This document shows, piece by piece, positions 15,150 to 29,100 of a DNA stretch of 64,000 nt (the first letter of the stretch is position 1; every line of letters starts with the position of its first letter). The notes beneath the pieces are model-generated. The model did no database searches. It saw only the letters and a program-made list of their open reading frames with translations, and had not been told where the DNA came from. Made by a program: the position numbers and the translations under genes. This DNA is from Leucoraja ocellata (lineage: Eukaryota): NCBI GenBank assembly GCA_036785375.1, contig JAWMAR010000006.1, forward strand, positions 7,254,001 to 7,318,000. Reading direction: 5' to 3'.

Positions 15150-18100
15150 TTAAAGGAAAAATGGTAACTAGAGAGAGAATAGTGTAACTCAGAAACCAAA
15201 GTGGTTCTCTGTGTGTGGAGCCACAAGAGATGGGCAAGATTCTCAATTAATGTTTCTGTTTTTTGTTGAAAGACATGAAGACTAGGGAACTGGGGAAAGT
15301 TAATAATGATGTCTTAAAGATAGTCATGTTGCATCGAGGAAGTGCTGGACATCCTAAGACGTATGAACGTAGATAGATCTCTGTGGCCTGATCAGATCTA
15401 TCCAAGGACACTGGAGGGTGGCTAACATTGTTCCTATTAAAGAAGAGCCTTATTTAAAAAAAAACTGGGAACTATAGATTAGTAAGCCTAACATCTGTGG
15501 TAGGAAAGTTACCACAGAGAATTCTGAAGGATAAGGTATACATGTACTTGGTAAAACGGGTTGACTGTGGATAGTCAGTGCAATTTTATACGTGAGAGAT
15601 CGTGTCTCATGAATTTGATTGAGTTTTTTGAACAAAGTAACCAAGGTGGCAGGGGTTGGAGATTTATTAGTCTATATGGAGTCCAGGAAGGCCTTTGATA
15701 AGGTTCTGCATGGTAGGCTGCTCTGGAAGGTTAGATCGGGATGGGAGATTGCAACCTTCACATGATCTGCCCTGTTTCGACGAATGCAATCAACCTGGTG
15801 TGCACAATCAAATAAGATCAAACAGAACAAGTTATCCTACAACTTTATGCTGTGCACGCCATACGCAAGAAGAAGACCTAGAAGAAGGTTAGGGAGAGCT
15901 ATTTAACTGGGTGCAGAATTGGGTTGATGGCAGGAAGCAGAGGGTTGTGGTGGAAGGTTGTTTTCGTACTAGATCACTCTGTTTGGGCCCAGTACTAATC
16001 CCTGAGGCACACCACTTATCAGAAGGATCTTGTCCGATAAACAACCTTCCACCACTACCCTATGCCTTTTGTCAACTATATCGAGGATTTGGATAAGAAT
16101 GTGAAATGCACGATTGGTAAGTTTGTAGATTGCACTAAAATAAATGGTGTTGAGAACGTCCCTCTGACTCTATCCTTTCCATCATTATCCCTGCACGCAG
16201 TCACCAGTGTAATTAAAATCCAGTATCTTGTTTCAGTTGTAACATTTTATTGAAAGATATGTCACTTATTTTCTCGGCAAACATCATAAAGAAGCATTAA
16301 TTGTTTATTGTGTTGCAATTTTATTGCTAATGTGTTGCAAGAAGAATCATAGAATCTTGAGCAATTTATCCTCAAATGAGTTGAAGCTGGAAGAACTAGG
16401 AGAATGAGTTGTTAGATTTCAGATAATTTCTTAATATTATTACCAATAGTTGGGTTAGTTCGTTATAAACCTCTTAACCACAATTACCAATATTTCATTT
16501 TTGGTGCCATTTGACCTTTCTGTAGTGGTTTCATGCCCTGTGTCACTACACCCTGTGCTCAAACCATACGCCTGCAGAAAATGATGAACATGAAACTGGC
16601 TGTGTAGTGCTTGCTTTCCTGGAGCCATGAGAGTCAATTTTTATCCATTCTGTATGCCACATAGACATACAGAATGGAAACGGGTCCTTGAGCACACCAT
16701 GTCCATGCTGACCATTGATCATCTGTTCACACCAGTTCTATGTTATTCTTCATTCGGATTTACTCCCTAACATATTTGGGGCAATTTTTACAGAAGCCTA
16801 TTAACCCACAAACTGGCATGTCTTTGGGATATGGAAGGAAACCGGAGTACCCGGAGAAAACCCATGCGGTCACAGGGAGAACGTATAAATTTCACAGACA
16901 GCACCCGAGGTCAGGATCGAACTAGCTTTTCAGTCGCTGCGCGGCAGCAGCTCCACCAGCTGTTCCATTATGTCGCCAGTGTTTGCAGCAAGACTCAAGC
17001 CCACATTGTTGATGCAATTTACACATCTCTACCTGTTATCCCTCTCACTCCCAACTCCAGTCCCCTCTTCCCCAGCTGGCTCCATCTGTCCATCATCCTT
17101 CACCCTCATTGTTCCACCTAGCAGATACTGGCACGTATCTCACTTCTCAGCTCTTTATACTATCTATCTTCCCTCCACTCTGTCCTGATGCAGGGTCTCC
17201 TCAAAACATGAACAATTTATTTCCCTCCACAGATGCTTTTTATACCACAGAAAGTGGGATCACTCAGTTTCCCACATATTGTATGCATTAGCTATACAAA
17301 TAGGTAGTTGGTGCTTTAAGGTCATAAGTGTTAGGAATAGAATTAGGCCATTTGGCCCATCAAGTCTACGCCATTCAACCATGGCTGATTTGTTTCTCCC
17401 TCCTAACTCCATTCTCCTGCCTTCTCCTCGTAACCTCTGACACCTGTAAATCCTCATTAAATTTGATTTAATGCCAATTTGGGTCATAGCTAATATTAAT
17501 GAACATGAGATTATGTGGTTTAAGCTTATCCCCACTTTGGACCTCAATCACCCGTATGTCTGTGGTGGAGATGTTATTGTGAAACACAAACTTAATAAAC
17601 ATTAGTCTTGAAACGAAAGATACCAACACTGAAGCAGGTGACAGGCTCTACAAGTCCTCATTGAGGTATTTTTTGCAAGTGGTGAAGGTTACAAGCCATA
17701 TAATATATTGTAGAATTGTTTCCATGTAGAGTACATCACTGTAGTGAGTAATGTTGCACAATATACTCGTGCATCTATAATAGTGCACTTGAAATGCATC
17801 TCTCTCCGGATATTGCTGACTATCTGGCTATTTTTGCATTTTCTTTATTTAAGTTTGGAATTTCAGCATCTAAAGTGTTTTGCATTTATGATACAGATTC
17901 CTATTATTTATATAATTACCTTCTGAGACTGGGCTGTATCTTCCAACACTAACACGATTATCAGGTTCAAAGTCTCCAGATATATCTTTCTGAGTCTGAC
18001 CAGGGTTCATTTCATTCTCATGAAACCAATGAAAGATAAGAATCTAACATCAATCCCTCCAGAAGATATCAAATTCCAGGACAGATTCTCCATTGTCAAG

Positions 18101-18199
18101 ATGCTAATTCTGCAATACATATTTATATATTTCAAAAGTTGTGTTAGCATTTATTGGGAAGCTCCTCAGTCCAACAGAGCATCCCATTATCCCATAATA

Positions 18200-18550
18200 T
18201 AGAAAGTACGTGCAGGAGTAGGCCATTCAGCTCTTCGAGCCAACACCGCCATTCAGTGATCATGGTTGAGCATCCACAATCAGTACCTCGTTCCTGCCTT
18301 CTCCCCATATCCTTTGATTCCTCTAGCCCTAAGAGCTCTATCTAACTCTCTTTTGAATACATCCAGTGAATCGGCCTCCACTGCCTTCTAAGGCAGAGAA
18401 TTCCACAAATTCACAACCCTGGGTGAAAATGTTTTTCTTCATCTCAGTTCTAAATTGCCTATCCCTTATTCTTAAACTGTGGCCCCTAGTTGTGGACACC
18501 CCCAACATTAGGATAATGTTTCCTGCATCTCGCTTGTCCAATCCTTTAAT
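18200..18550 (-). mobile_element. CR1 3' fragment
   Basis: TRGHSLRI...FRTEMKKNIFTQ plus CR1 3'UTR. Confidence 0.8.
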
Positions 18551-18759
18551 AATATTATTATATCAGTTAGAGCTGAAAAAAAGCCATTCGGTTGACAGGA
18601 CTACCCATGCTCCTGATTTGTATGCTCAGCTAACACCCACACAGAATCTATCATGCATCTCTATCATACAGACTGACATTTAGTTATAAAATGTGCATCG
18701 ATAAACAGAGTGGGTATGGATATGATGCAAATTTGGAGTGAATGTAGACAGACACAGGT

Positions 18760-20648
18760 ATAGAAACATAGAAAATAGGTGCAGGAGTAGGCCATTCGGC
18801 CCTTCGAGCCTGTACTGCCATTCAATATGATCATGGCTGATCATCCAACTCAGTATCCTGTACCTGCCTTCTCTCCGTACCCCCTGATCCCTTTAGCCAC
18901 AAGGGCCACATCTACAGTAACTCTCTCTTAAATATAGCTAATGAACTGGCCTCAACTACCTTCTGTGGCAGAGAATTCCAGAGATTCACCACTCTCTGTG
19001 TGAAAAATGTTTTTCTCATCTCGGTCCTAAAAGATTTCCCTTTTATCCTTAAACAGTGACCCCTTGTTCTGGACTTCCCCAACATCAGGAGCAATCTTCC
19101 TGCATCTAACCTGTCCAACCCGTTAAGAATTTTGTAAGTTTCTATAAGATTCCCCCTCAATCTTCCAAATTATAGCGAGTACAAGCCGAGTCTATCCAGT
19201 CTTTCTTCATATGAAAGTCCTGACATCCCAGGAACCAGTCTGGTGAACCTTCTCTGTACTCCCTCCATGGCAAGAATGTCTTTCCTCAGATTAGGAGACC
19301 AAAACTGTACGCAATACTCCAGGTGTGGTCTCACCAAGACCCTGTACAACTGCAGTAGAACCCTCCTGCTCCTATACTCAAATCCCTTTGCTATGAATGC
19401 TAACATAACATTCACTTTCTTCACTGCCTGCTGCACCTGCATGCCTACTTTCAATGACTGGTGTACAATGACACCCAGGTCTTGTTGCATCTCCCCTTTT
19501 CCTAATCGGCCACCATTCAGATAATTGTCTACTTTCCTGTTTTTGCCACCAAAGTGGATAACCTCACATTTCTCCACATTATACTGCATCTGCCATGCAT
19601 TTGCCCACTCACCCAGCCTATCCAAGTCATCTTGCAGCCTCCTAGCATCCTCCTCACAGCTAACACTGCCCCCCAGCTTCGTGTCATCCGCAAACTTGGA
19701 GATGTTGCATTCAATTCCCTCGTCCAAATCATTAATATATATTGTAAATAGCTGGGGTACCAACACTGAGCCCTGCCGTACCCCACTAGTCACAGCTTGC
19801 CATTGTGAAAAGGACCCGTTTACTCCTACTCTTTGCTTCCTGTCTGCCAGCCAGTTCTCTATCCACAACAGTACTGAACCCCCAATACCGTGTGCTTTAA
19901 GTTTGTATACTAATCTCTTATGTGGGACCTTGTCGAAAGCATTCTGAAAGTCCAGATATAACACATCCACTGGTTCTCCCTTATCCACTCTACTAGTTAC
20001 ATCCTCGAAAAATTCTATAAGATTCGTCAGACATGATTTACCTTTCATAAATCCATGCTGACTTTGTCCAATGATTTCACCACTTTCCAAATGTGCTTCT
20101 ATCCCATCTTTAATAACTGACTCTAGCAGCTTCTCCACTACCGATGTTAGACTAACTGGTCTGTAATTCCCTGTTTTCTCTCTCCCTCCCTTTTTAAAAA
20201 GTGGGGTTACATTAGCTACGCTCCAATCCTCAGGAACTACTCCAGAATCTAAAGAGTTTTGAAAAATGATCACTAATGCATCCACTACTTCTGGGGCTAC
20301 TTCCATAAGTACTCTGGGATGTAGCCTATCTGGCCCTGGTGATTTATCGCCCTTTAATCCATTCAATTTACCTAAAACCACTTCCCGGCTAACCTGGATT
20401 TCACTCAGTTCCTCCATCTCATTTGACCCCCGGTCCCCTGCTATTTCCGGCAGATTATTTATGTCTTTCTTAGTGAAGACAGAACCAAAGTAGTTATTCA
20501 ATTGGTCTGTCATGTCCTTGTTCCCTATGATCAATTCACCTGTTTCTGACTGCAAGGGACCTACATTTGTTTTAACTAATCTTTTTCTCTTCACATATCT
20601 ATAAAAACTTATGCAGTCAGCTTTTATGTTCCCTGCCAGTTTTCTTTT
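18760..20648 (-). mobile_element. 5'-truncated CR1 LINE, start of duplicated unit 1
   Basis: 515-aa RT ORF (FADD) with premature stop; TTTCTATG tail; same truncation point as 54188-56076. Confidence 0.95.
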
Positions 20649-21004
20649 GTATCCAGAACAAAGGTCAGGCATTCCTGTGGCATCGGGAAGCCTGAATAGC
20701 ATTAATATTGTCTGCAAACAGCAGGTGAAAATGTATTAGATGGAGTTCAGCACTTTCTGATAACAGTTAGAAACACGTGAACATTCTCAAAGTATCACTA
20801 ATGTATTACTTGTGTTATTCCCTGATCAAAAAAAGTTGTTTTTTTTCCCTAACTGTCACCACTATCTTTATTTGAAACCGTTATTGCTAACAAAGATTGA
20901 GAAACATATTTGCCCAAATTAATAACCTCTGGTTTTGCGGTCAAGTAGAAATTGTAAAAAAAGTGAAATGCAATCCTGGCTGGGATTTCTCAATATTTCA
21001 AAAT

Positions 21005-21685
21005 GGAATAGTTGGTGTGCAGATACAGCAGGCAGTGAAGAAAGCTAATGGAATGTTGGCCTTCATCACAAGAGGATTTCAGTATAGGAGTAAAGAGGTT
21101 CTTCTGCAGTTGTATAGGGCTCTGGTAATACCACATCTGGAGTATTGTGTACAGTTTTGGTCTCTTAATTTGAGGAAGGACATCCTTGTGATTGAGGCAG
21201 TGAAGCGTAGGTTCACAAGATTGATCCATGGGATGGCGGGACTGTCATATGAGGAAAGATTGAAAAGACTGGGCTTGTGTTCACTGGAGTTTAGAAGGAT
21301 GAGGGCGGATCTCATAGATACATATAAAATTATAAAAGGATTGGACAAGCGAGATGCAGGAAAAATGTTCCCAATGTTGGGCGAGTCCAGGATCAGGGGC
21401 CCCAGTCTTAGAATAAAGGGGAGGCCATTTAAGACTGAGGTTAGAAAATACTTTTTCACCCAGAGTTGTAAATTTGTGGAATTCCCTGCCACAGAGGGCA
21501 GAGGAGGCCAAATCACTGGATGAATTTAAGAGAGAGTTAGATAGAGCTCTAGGGGCTAGTGGAATCAAGGGATATGGGGATAAGGTAGGCACGGGTTATT
21601 GATTGGGGACGATCAGCCATGATCACAATGAATGGCGGTGCTGGCTCGAAAGGCCTTCTCCTGCACTTATTTTCTATGTTTCTAT
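21005..21685 (+). mobile_element. CR1 3' fragment (duplicate at about 56433-57114)
   Basis: QQAVKKANGMLAFI...PHLEYCVQFW; TTTCTATG tail. Confidence 0.9.
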
Positions 21686-22247
21686 GAAATTTCCCAAAAT
21701 ATAAAATATATAACAAAGTCATTTTTCTGATGCTTATTCGCTCTCATCTGTATTTAACTCCAGACCCATAGCAATGTGCTTAACACAAATCTCACATTTG
21801 GACCATTGCTGCTACAGAAAATGGATAAAACCAAATACTCCACATGGCATTGACCAAATCAGCAAATTCAGACATGGTGAAGGCTTCCCCAACACAATTG
21901 ACCTTGCAAACACCAACTCACAAACATTTTGGGATTAGATTTGTACCACGGACTAGTCACATCACAGCCTGACATAGTTGTTTTCTCAGAATCATACTTT
22001 AAAGACAATCTGCCAGACTGCTTCATTACGATTCTTGGTTACGTTTTGTACCACTGCCAAGATAGATCCATCAGAAGAGGCCACATTGTGGTTTCCAGGC
22101 AGCAGCAAGGAGTAGCCCTTGAAGTTCTCAACATTGACTTAAAATCCTATGAAATCCCCTGGCACCAGGTGAAACTGGCAAACAAACATCCTCCTGATTA
22201 TCACCTTCCTTCCTCCTTCATCTGATGAATCAAAGCCCTTTCACATT

Positions 22248-25200
22248 TGTAAAGAAGTGTCATCAACACACTGTAACTTTACTTTGTTTATTCATACTGT
22301 AACATACTGTAACATTACAATGAGCACTAGCTGTACATGGTCTGTCACGGGATCTAGAGAGAGAACAGTGGGTGAGGAGGTTGTAATTATACGTGATATG
22401 GGGAGTGGTTAGTAGTGGTGAGGTAACTATATTAAAGGTACATGCACTTATCATCTACATCCTTCCCCTTAGAAACAAAAGCAACAAGGTAGTGACAGGG
22501 CAACCACATCTCATTCGCTATACACGGTTACGCGAAGTTGCCATAACGGACAGGCGGTTTGACAACACATCCTGACCGGGTTCGCATCTCGCCATCCTCC
22601 CTCCCTGCAGGAAAAAGTGGAGCAGGTGCAGGAGCAGGTGCAGGTGGCCAAACTGGAACAGGGAAGCTGGGAGGAGACGGAGAAGAAGGAGGGGACGCAG
22701 GCGCAGCGGCGGGCAGCGCGCGGGCAGGCGAGGGCGGCTGAGCCGGAGGAGGAGAGGACTGATAGAGCTGAGAAGGCAGAGACCGAGGCATGCGAGAAGC
22801 GGCGGGTGGAGCAGGATACTGCAGCGGGGGTGCAAAGGGGTCCGCGTGCGGTGGTGGAGGCTTGTTGACAAGCCGCAGGTGTTGGCGGGATCGGCAGTAG
22901 ACTGTACCCGCATGGTCAACCAGATAGGACCTAGGCGAGCCCGCGGAGCCAACGACGGTGGCGAGCCTGGAGTGACCGGAGGGGGACTGCATGCGGACGA
23001 CTTGACCGGGGAAGAGGCGCGGAAGGGGGCGGCAGGACTTATCATGGGAGCGCTTCTGGACCTCATGCTTAAGGGCAATGCGTTTCTGGACAACAGCGGG
23101 TTTGAGGACAGAGGGCATGAGGGAGCGCTGGGCCACCGGGATCGGGGGCCTGATGGTGCGAGACATGAGCAGGGGAGCCCATGGCAGGGTCGCGGGAGAT
23201 GTTGCGAAGGTTAAGGAGGGCAAGGTAAAAATCGGAATAATACATGCGACAATTTTCCAGCAAGTCCTTTGCACTGCGGATGGCGCGCTTGGCAAGACCG
23301 TTGCTCTGCACGTACTCAGGGCTGCTGGTGTAGTGGTGGAAGTTCCAGCAGGACGCAAAAGCTCGTAACTCGGCGCTCGCGAACTGGCTGCCGTTGTCCG
23401 ACTGCAGGCTAGCCGGGGAGCCGAAGGTAGCGAAGTGGCGGCGCAGCTTATCGATAACGGCCGAAGAGGTGAGGGAGCGCAGCTGGTCATCCTCGAACCA
23501 GTTGGAGTAAGAGTCGACAAGCACCAGGAAGTGCTTGCCACGCCATTCGAAAATGTCAGTGGCAACCGCCATCCAGGGTAGTTCGGGAGCAGGCTGCTGT
23601 CGAAGCGGCTGACGTTGCTGGTGGGGGGCGAGGCTGTTGCAGGTGGAACACGAGGAGACCTTCTCCCGGATGTATTGAGCCATACCAGGCCAGTGGAACT
23701 GGCTCTGGGCTTGAGACAAAGTGGCCTCGGCCCCAGGATGACCGCGGTGGGCGGCCTGAAAATAGTGGTGGTGCAGCGCAGCAGGCACAACAACCTTGTG
23801 TCCCTTCACAACCACGCCGTCGTGCGGTACGAGCTCATCACGGACCAGGAAGTAGGGCACGGCACCAGCCGGCAAAGCGGAACGACGGTCGGGCCAGTCC
23901 TGCCGGATGACTGCAGCAAGCTGTTGCAGGGCAGGATCACTGGCAGTGTGCTGGACCAGGGACTGCATCTGCTGTGAAGGGGCAATATTAACATTGAGCA
24001 CCATCAGGTCAGACATCTCATAGGGGTGGCGATCGGTGGACGTCAGCGGTGCGCGGGATAGCGTGTCGGCCATGAACATGTCTTTGCCCTTACGATAGAC
24101 AATCTCGAAAGTAAAACGCTGGAGCTGCAGCATCATGCGCTGCAGTCGGGATGAGGCAACATGGATCGGCTTGTTGAGGATGGTGACAAGCGGCTGGTGG
24201 TCGGTTTCGATGGTGAAAGTGTTGCCCAGAATATAGTCCTTGAACTTCGAGCAGGCAAACACCACAGCCAGCAACTCCTTCTCTATCTGAGCATAGCGCT
24301 GCTCGGCCTGGGTCATGTTGCGGGACGCGTAGGAAACAGGCAGCTGCAGGCCGTCGTGGAGCTGCAGACAAGCGGCACCGAGCCCGAACTGAGAGGCGTC
24401 ACAGGTGATGACAATGGGATGCTTCAGGTCAAAATATTTGAGTGTGGAAGTACTGATCAGTCTGGATTTCAGGACATCGAAAGCTTTCTGGTGTTGAGGG
24501 AACCAAGCCCAGGCAGTGTCCTTCTTAATCATGTCCCTCAGGGGCATGCTCAGCTCGCTGAGGTCGGGGATGAACTTCCCCAGGTAGTTAACCATGCCCA
24601 GGAAACGTTGCAGGCTGGGCACGTCAGTGGGTGAAGACATCCCGGAGATTGCAGTCGTCTTCTGCGGGTCGGGTTTCAGCCCCGAGGCCGTGAATACATG
24701 TCCAACATATGTGACCTCTGGGACGCGGAATCGGCATTTCTTGGGGTTCAATTTCAAGTTGATCTTCCGGGCCCGGTCCAGGACTTGGTGGAGGTTGAAG
24801 TCGTGCTCAGCGACGTCCTTACCATAGACCAGGATGTCGTCAACGATGATGGCACACGGTAGATCGGCGAACAGTTGTTCCATTGTCCGTTGGAACACCT
24901 CGCTAGCAGAGTTGATCCCGAATGGCATTCGGAGGAACCGGAACCTGCCGAAGGGGGTGCTGAAAGTTGTCAGGTAGGAGGACTGCTCATCGAGCGGTAT
25001 CTGCCAGAAGGAACTATTGGCATCGAGAACAGAAAAGATTGTGGCCGGGCCGACCTGTGCAGAGACGACCTCTACTGCTCGCATGGGGTAGTGCGGGCGT
25101 TTGATGGCCAGGTTCAGATCTTTGGGGTTGATGCAAATGCATATCTCGCTTTTGTCCTTTTTAGCGGCAACAACCATGGTGGAGACCCACCGGGTGGGTT

Positions 25201-26139
25201 CGCTCACCGCCTTCAGGATGCCCATGGTTACCATGCCATGCAGCGTCGATTCAACATTATCCTTCATGGCGAAGGAGACACGGTGTGGCGGACGGATCAC
25301 TGGCTCGACCTTGCGGTCGACAACAATCTTGTAGTTGCAGGGCAGCTCGCCCAGCTCGTCGTCAAAACGGTCAGGATATTCGATCAACGGGATCATTAGG
25401 GCCTGCACCTTGTGGATGTCACGGTGGAAGGAGACTAGGCCCAAGTCCTGGCATGCTTGGATGCCCAACACGGTGATGCAGTTGGAATCGAGAAGATAGA
25501 AAGTGAGGGGGCGAGTGCACTCCAGTATCTTGCAGTGCAGGGTTGCCTTTCCCACAGGAACGAGCACCCCTCCCCCGTAAGCATGCAAAGTGGAGCGATC
25601 AGAAGGAACTTGCTCATTAGCCCTTATCTCCCTGAAGAGGCTTGTTGACATTACATTTGCCCCAGTAACAATCTTCGCGGTGAAGGTCGAGTTGTTGACA
25701 GTTACACGAACTGAAGGGTCCGTTATCAGAGCAGATGCATCCAACAGTGAAAATATGCTGGTCTCCCCCTGGGAGGAACCCGAGTCAGACATAGGGAGTT
25801 CGTCAGGCTGGTTCTGGGAACCGAGCGCGCTATCAGCTTGCACCAAGTTGTTTAACATACGCCGTGGAGCAGCAACAGGCTTCCCATGGGAACGGCAGGC
25901 GGCAGAGAAATCCCACTTCTGACACCATGTAAAGAAGTGTCATCAACACACTAACTTTACTTCGTTTATTCATACTGAAACATACTGTAACATTACAATG
26001 AGCACTAGCTGTACGTGGTCTGTCACGGGAACTAGAGAGAGAACAGTGGGTGGGGAGGTTGTAATTATACTTGTGATATGGGGAGTGGTTAGTAGTGGTG
26101 AGGTAACTATATTAAAGGTACATGCACATATCATCTACA
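22248..26139 (-). mobile_element. Ty3/Gypsy LTR retrotransposon, gag-deleted, non-autonomous
   Basis: 212-bp TG...CA LTRs at 22248-22459 and 25928-26139; TSD ACATT; tRNA-Leu PBS at 25909-25927; polypurine tract at 22460-22470; PR-RT-RH-IN order. Confidence 0.97.
23069..25858 (-). pseudogene. Gypsy pol (protease, RT, RNase H, integrase), catalytically damaged
   Basis: 929-aa ORF: VTGA in place of protease DTGA, IIVDDILV, CDASQFGLGA, HHCC, SDNGSQF, NGLAKR in place of NGLAER; integrase C-terminus shifted into another frame. Confidence 0.9.
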
Positions 26140-29100
26140 ACATTGAACAACATCAGGAAAAGCACTACAAATAACAATGTAGTCTGGGGTGGGACTTCAA
26201 GTTATAGTGGTAGCACCACTAGGAACTGAGATGCCTAATTCCTGATCAACATGTCAGCCAGGTTATGTTTATGAAAGTGTGTCATCACAAGAGATATTAA
26301 AAAAATAAACTGCTGGAAGAGCACAATGGATCAAGCAGCAACTGGAGGTAAAGGGATGGTTGACACTTCGGGACTATAGATAAAATCATGTGAGGAATAG
26401 ATTGGGTAGATGTACAGATTCTCTTGCCCAGAGTAGGGGAATCGAGAACCAGAGGACATAGATTTAAGGTGAGGGAGGAAAGATTTGATATGAATCTGAG
26501 GGGTACCTGTTTTACACAAAGGGTGATAAGTGTATGGAACAAGCTGCCAGAGGAGGTGGTTGAGGTAGGGACTATTGCATTGTTTAAGAAACAATTAGAC
26601 AGGTACATAGATAGGGCAGGTTTAGAATGACATGGGCCAAATTCAGGCAAGTGGGACGAGTTTAGATGGGACATTTTGATCGGTGTGGGCAGGTTGGGCC
26701 AAAGAGCCTGTTTCCATGACGTATGACTCTGACCTGCATCAGCATGACTGCAGGGTCTCGCCCCATAATGTCCACCATCACTTTGCCTCCAAAGATGCTG
26801 CTTGATTTGCTGAGCTCTACTAGCAGCTTGTTTTTGCTCCAAATATCAGCGTCTGCAGCCGCTTGTGTCTCCACCACAGGAGTTAAACCTGAACCTCATC
26901 CTGCCCAGTCTGCCTGTGGCAGTTGCATCTGCCCTTGAGAGCATTGGTAGAAGTGAGCGCCAAAAAGTTCTTGCGAAGACAAATTCATACCATTTCACTG
27001 AGGACATCATAAATCGTATCAGGTTGCACTGTAATTGTGCACAATAGGATGGAGTCTGAACAGATCTAGCAATTTAAAACTGGGCATCTAAGAGATGTGA
27101 CCATCAGCAGGAGCAGAAAGTGCCCCGTCTCTGGTTTGATCCTCTAACCAACAAGCCAGATTTACACAAAAGGACACAAAGTGCTGGAGTAACTCAGCGG
27201 GTCGGGCAGCATCTCTGGAGAATATGGAAAAGTGATGTTTCAGGTCAGGACCCTTCTGGTTTAACCCAATCTCTAGATTGATAAGGAGTGTAGAAGAGGT
27301 GCAGAAGAGCATGGTGGGAGCTGCCCAAGGCATACCTAGAAATAAGCTGCTGCCTTGAGGTGCAGTGCAGGAGCATATACCCACAAGCCAACAAAAATAG
27401 CTCAACAACAAACAGATGAGATGAAAGCCCTGCAGACCTGCTGCAGCTAGTCATTAACTGTGATGGACAATTCAAACAGTTAACGGGAGGAGGCAGCTCA
27501 GAGAACTTCCCTGTCCTCAACATTTGGGTGTTGCAGACCAAGCTGTAGTATTTGTAAACATATGTAGGCAGAAGAGCTGCTGAATAGATTATCATCCCAT
27601 CTCCCCCTGAGGTCCCCCACCATGACAGAAGCCAGTCTTCAGCTAAATCGATCCCTTCCACATGCAATTTAAAAAGCAGTTGAGTATGTTAGATACAGCA
27701 AAGGCTGTTGGAACAGACAACATCCCAGGTGCTTATCTGAAGATCTGCACATAACCAAGCTGTTCCCTACAGTTACAACACTGTCATCTACCCAACATTG
27801 TGTATATCCAGTCAACAAAAAGCAGGATAAATCTAATTAGGCTAAGCGATGAAAGGTGTTGTTGACTGTGCTTCATGAAATACATACTCAGCAATAACTT
27901 GTTATCAACAATCAGTTTGAATTTCAGCTGGATCACTCGGCTCATCAGAGCTTTAGCCCAACATGAACCAAAGAGCCGAATTCTAGGGTTAAAGGTGAGA
28001 GTAATTGTCTTTAACATCAAGGCAGCATTAGATTGAATATGCCATCAAGGATACCTGATAAAACTGAAGAAAGGACATCAGTGCTGGAGTCTTACTCAAA
28101 CAAAGGTGTTGCATTTATCAAGGGTCCATCATTCCAGCCCAAGGACATGACTGCATGTGTTTCCCAGGGTTGTGTCTTCGACCCAACCATCTCCAGCTGT
28201 TCATCATTAACCTCTCTCCCATCATAGGATCAAAGGCCAGAAGTCGTCTGTTCCCTGATAATTGCATGATGTCAATAATATCCACGTCCTGTCAGCAAAG
28301 AAACACCCCATGCCTGCAGGCAGCAGGACCTAGGCAACATTCAGGCATAGCTGTCAAGTGGCAAACAAAACTGAGTTGGCCCAATGGCTCAGCTGGTCGG
28401 GCTGTTGGCTCACAGCTCCAGGGACCCTGATTTAATCCTGACCTCTGCCACTGTCTGTGTGAAGTTTGTCCGGTCCCCTGCAATCATGTGCCTTTCCTAC
28501 AGGTGTTCTGGTTTCCTCCCATGTTCTAAAGTCATGTAGGTTAAATTGGCCTTTTTAAAAACACCCACACCAGTTTCAAAGCCAATATTGTACCATTCAC
28601 ATCCTAGAGGTCACCATTGGCCAGAAATTCAATGGGACACTTTCTGCAAGAGACTATCAGAGACTAAGTATTTTGTGATGTTTGCTTCTAACACAGTCAT
28701 AAAGAGATATTCATTGGATACCAATTTAGATTAATCCCATTTTGTTAATTTTCCACACATTGTCTTCAACTTGGCCTAGATTCTGCATTCATCGTCACAC
28801 TAGGGACAATTTACAGTGACAAATTAACCTACAAACCCATAGGAATGTGGGAAGGAACTGGAGCACCTGGAGGAAACCCAAGGGGTCAGTGGGAGAATGA
28901 GCAAGCTCAACACAGAAAGCACCCAAGGTTAGGATTGAACATGCATCTCTGGTGCTGTGAGGCAGCGGCTCAACTAGCTGTCCCATGGTGTTATCTACAA
29001 AGCACACGTCTGGAATGTTATGGAATACTCGCTGCAAATCTGGTTGTCAGGATGCACTCAGTTCTAGTAATCTCAAGAGGTTTAGCACCATCCAGGACAA

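Larger units (their letters stand above)
13300..16145 (+). mobile_element. Old degenerate CR1-like LINE hosting the Helitron
   Basis: Removing 13646-15149 restores ...FYKYIKGKMVTRERI; later decayed KAFDKV and WVDGRKQRVVVEG motifs. Confidence 0.7.

Noticed and set aside
19170-20717. 515-aa RT ORF kept open in both duplicates as a possible domesticated gene
   Set aside because: 5'-truncated CR1 with a chance upstream start, a premature stop and many non-conservative changes between copies.
25909-25927. tRNA-Leu sequence match
   Set aside because: Only the 3' 19 nt including CCA; it is the retrotransposon PBS, not a tRNA gene.
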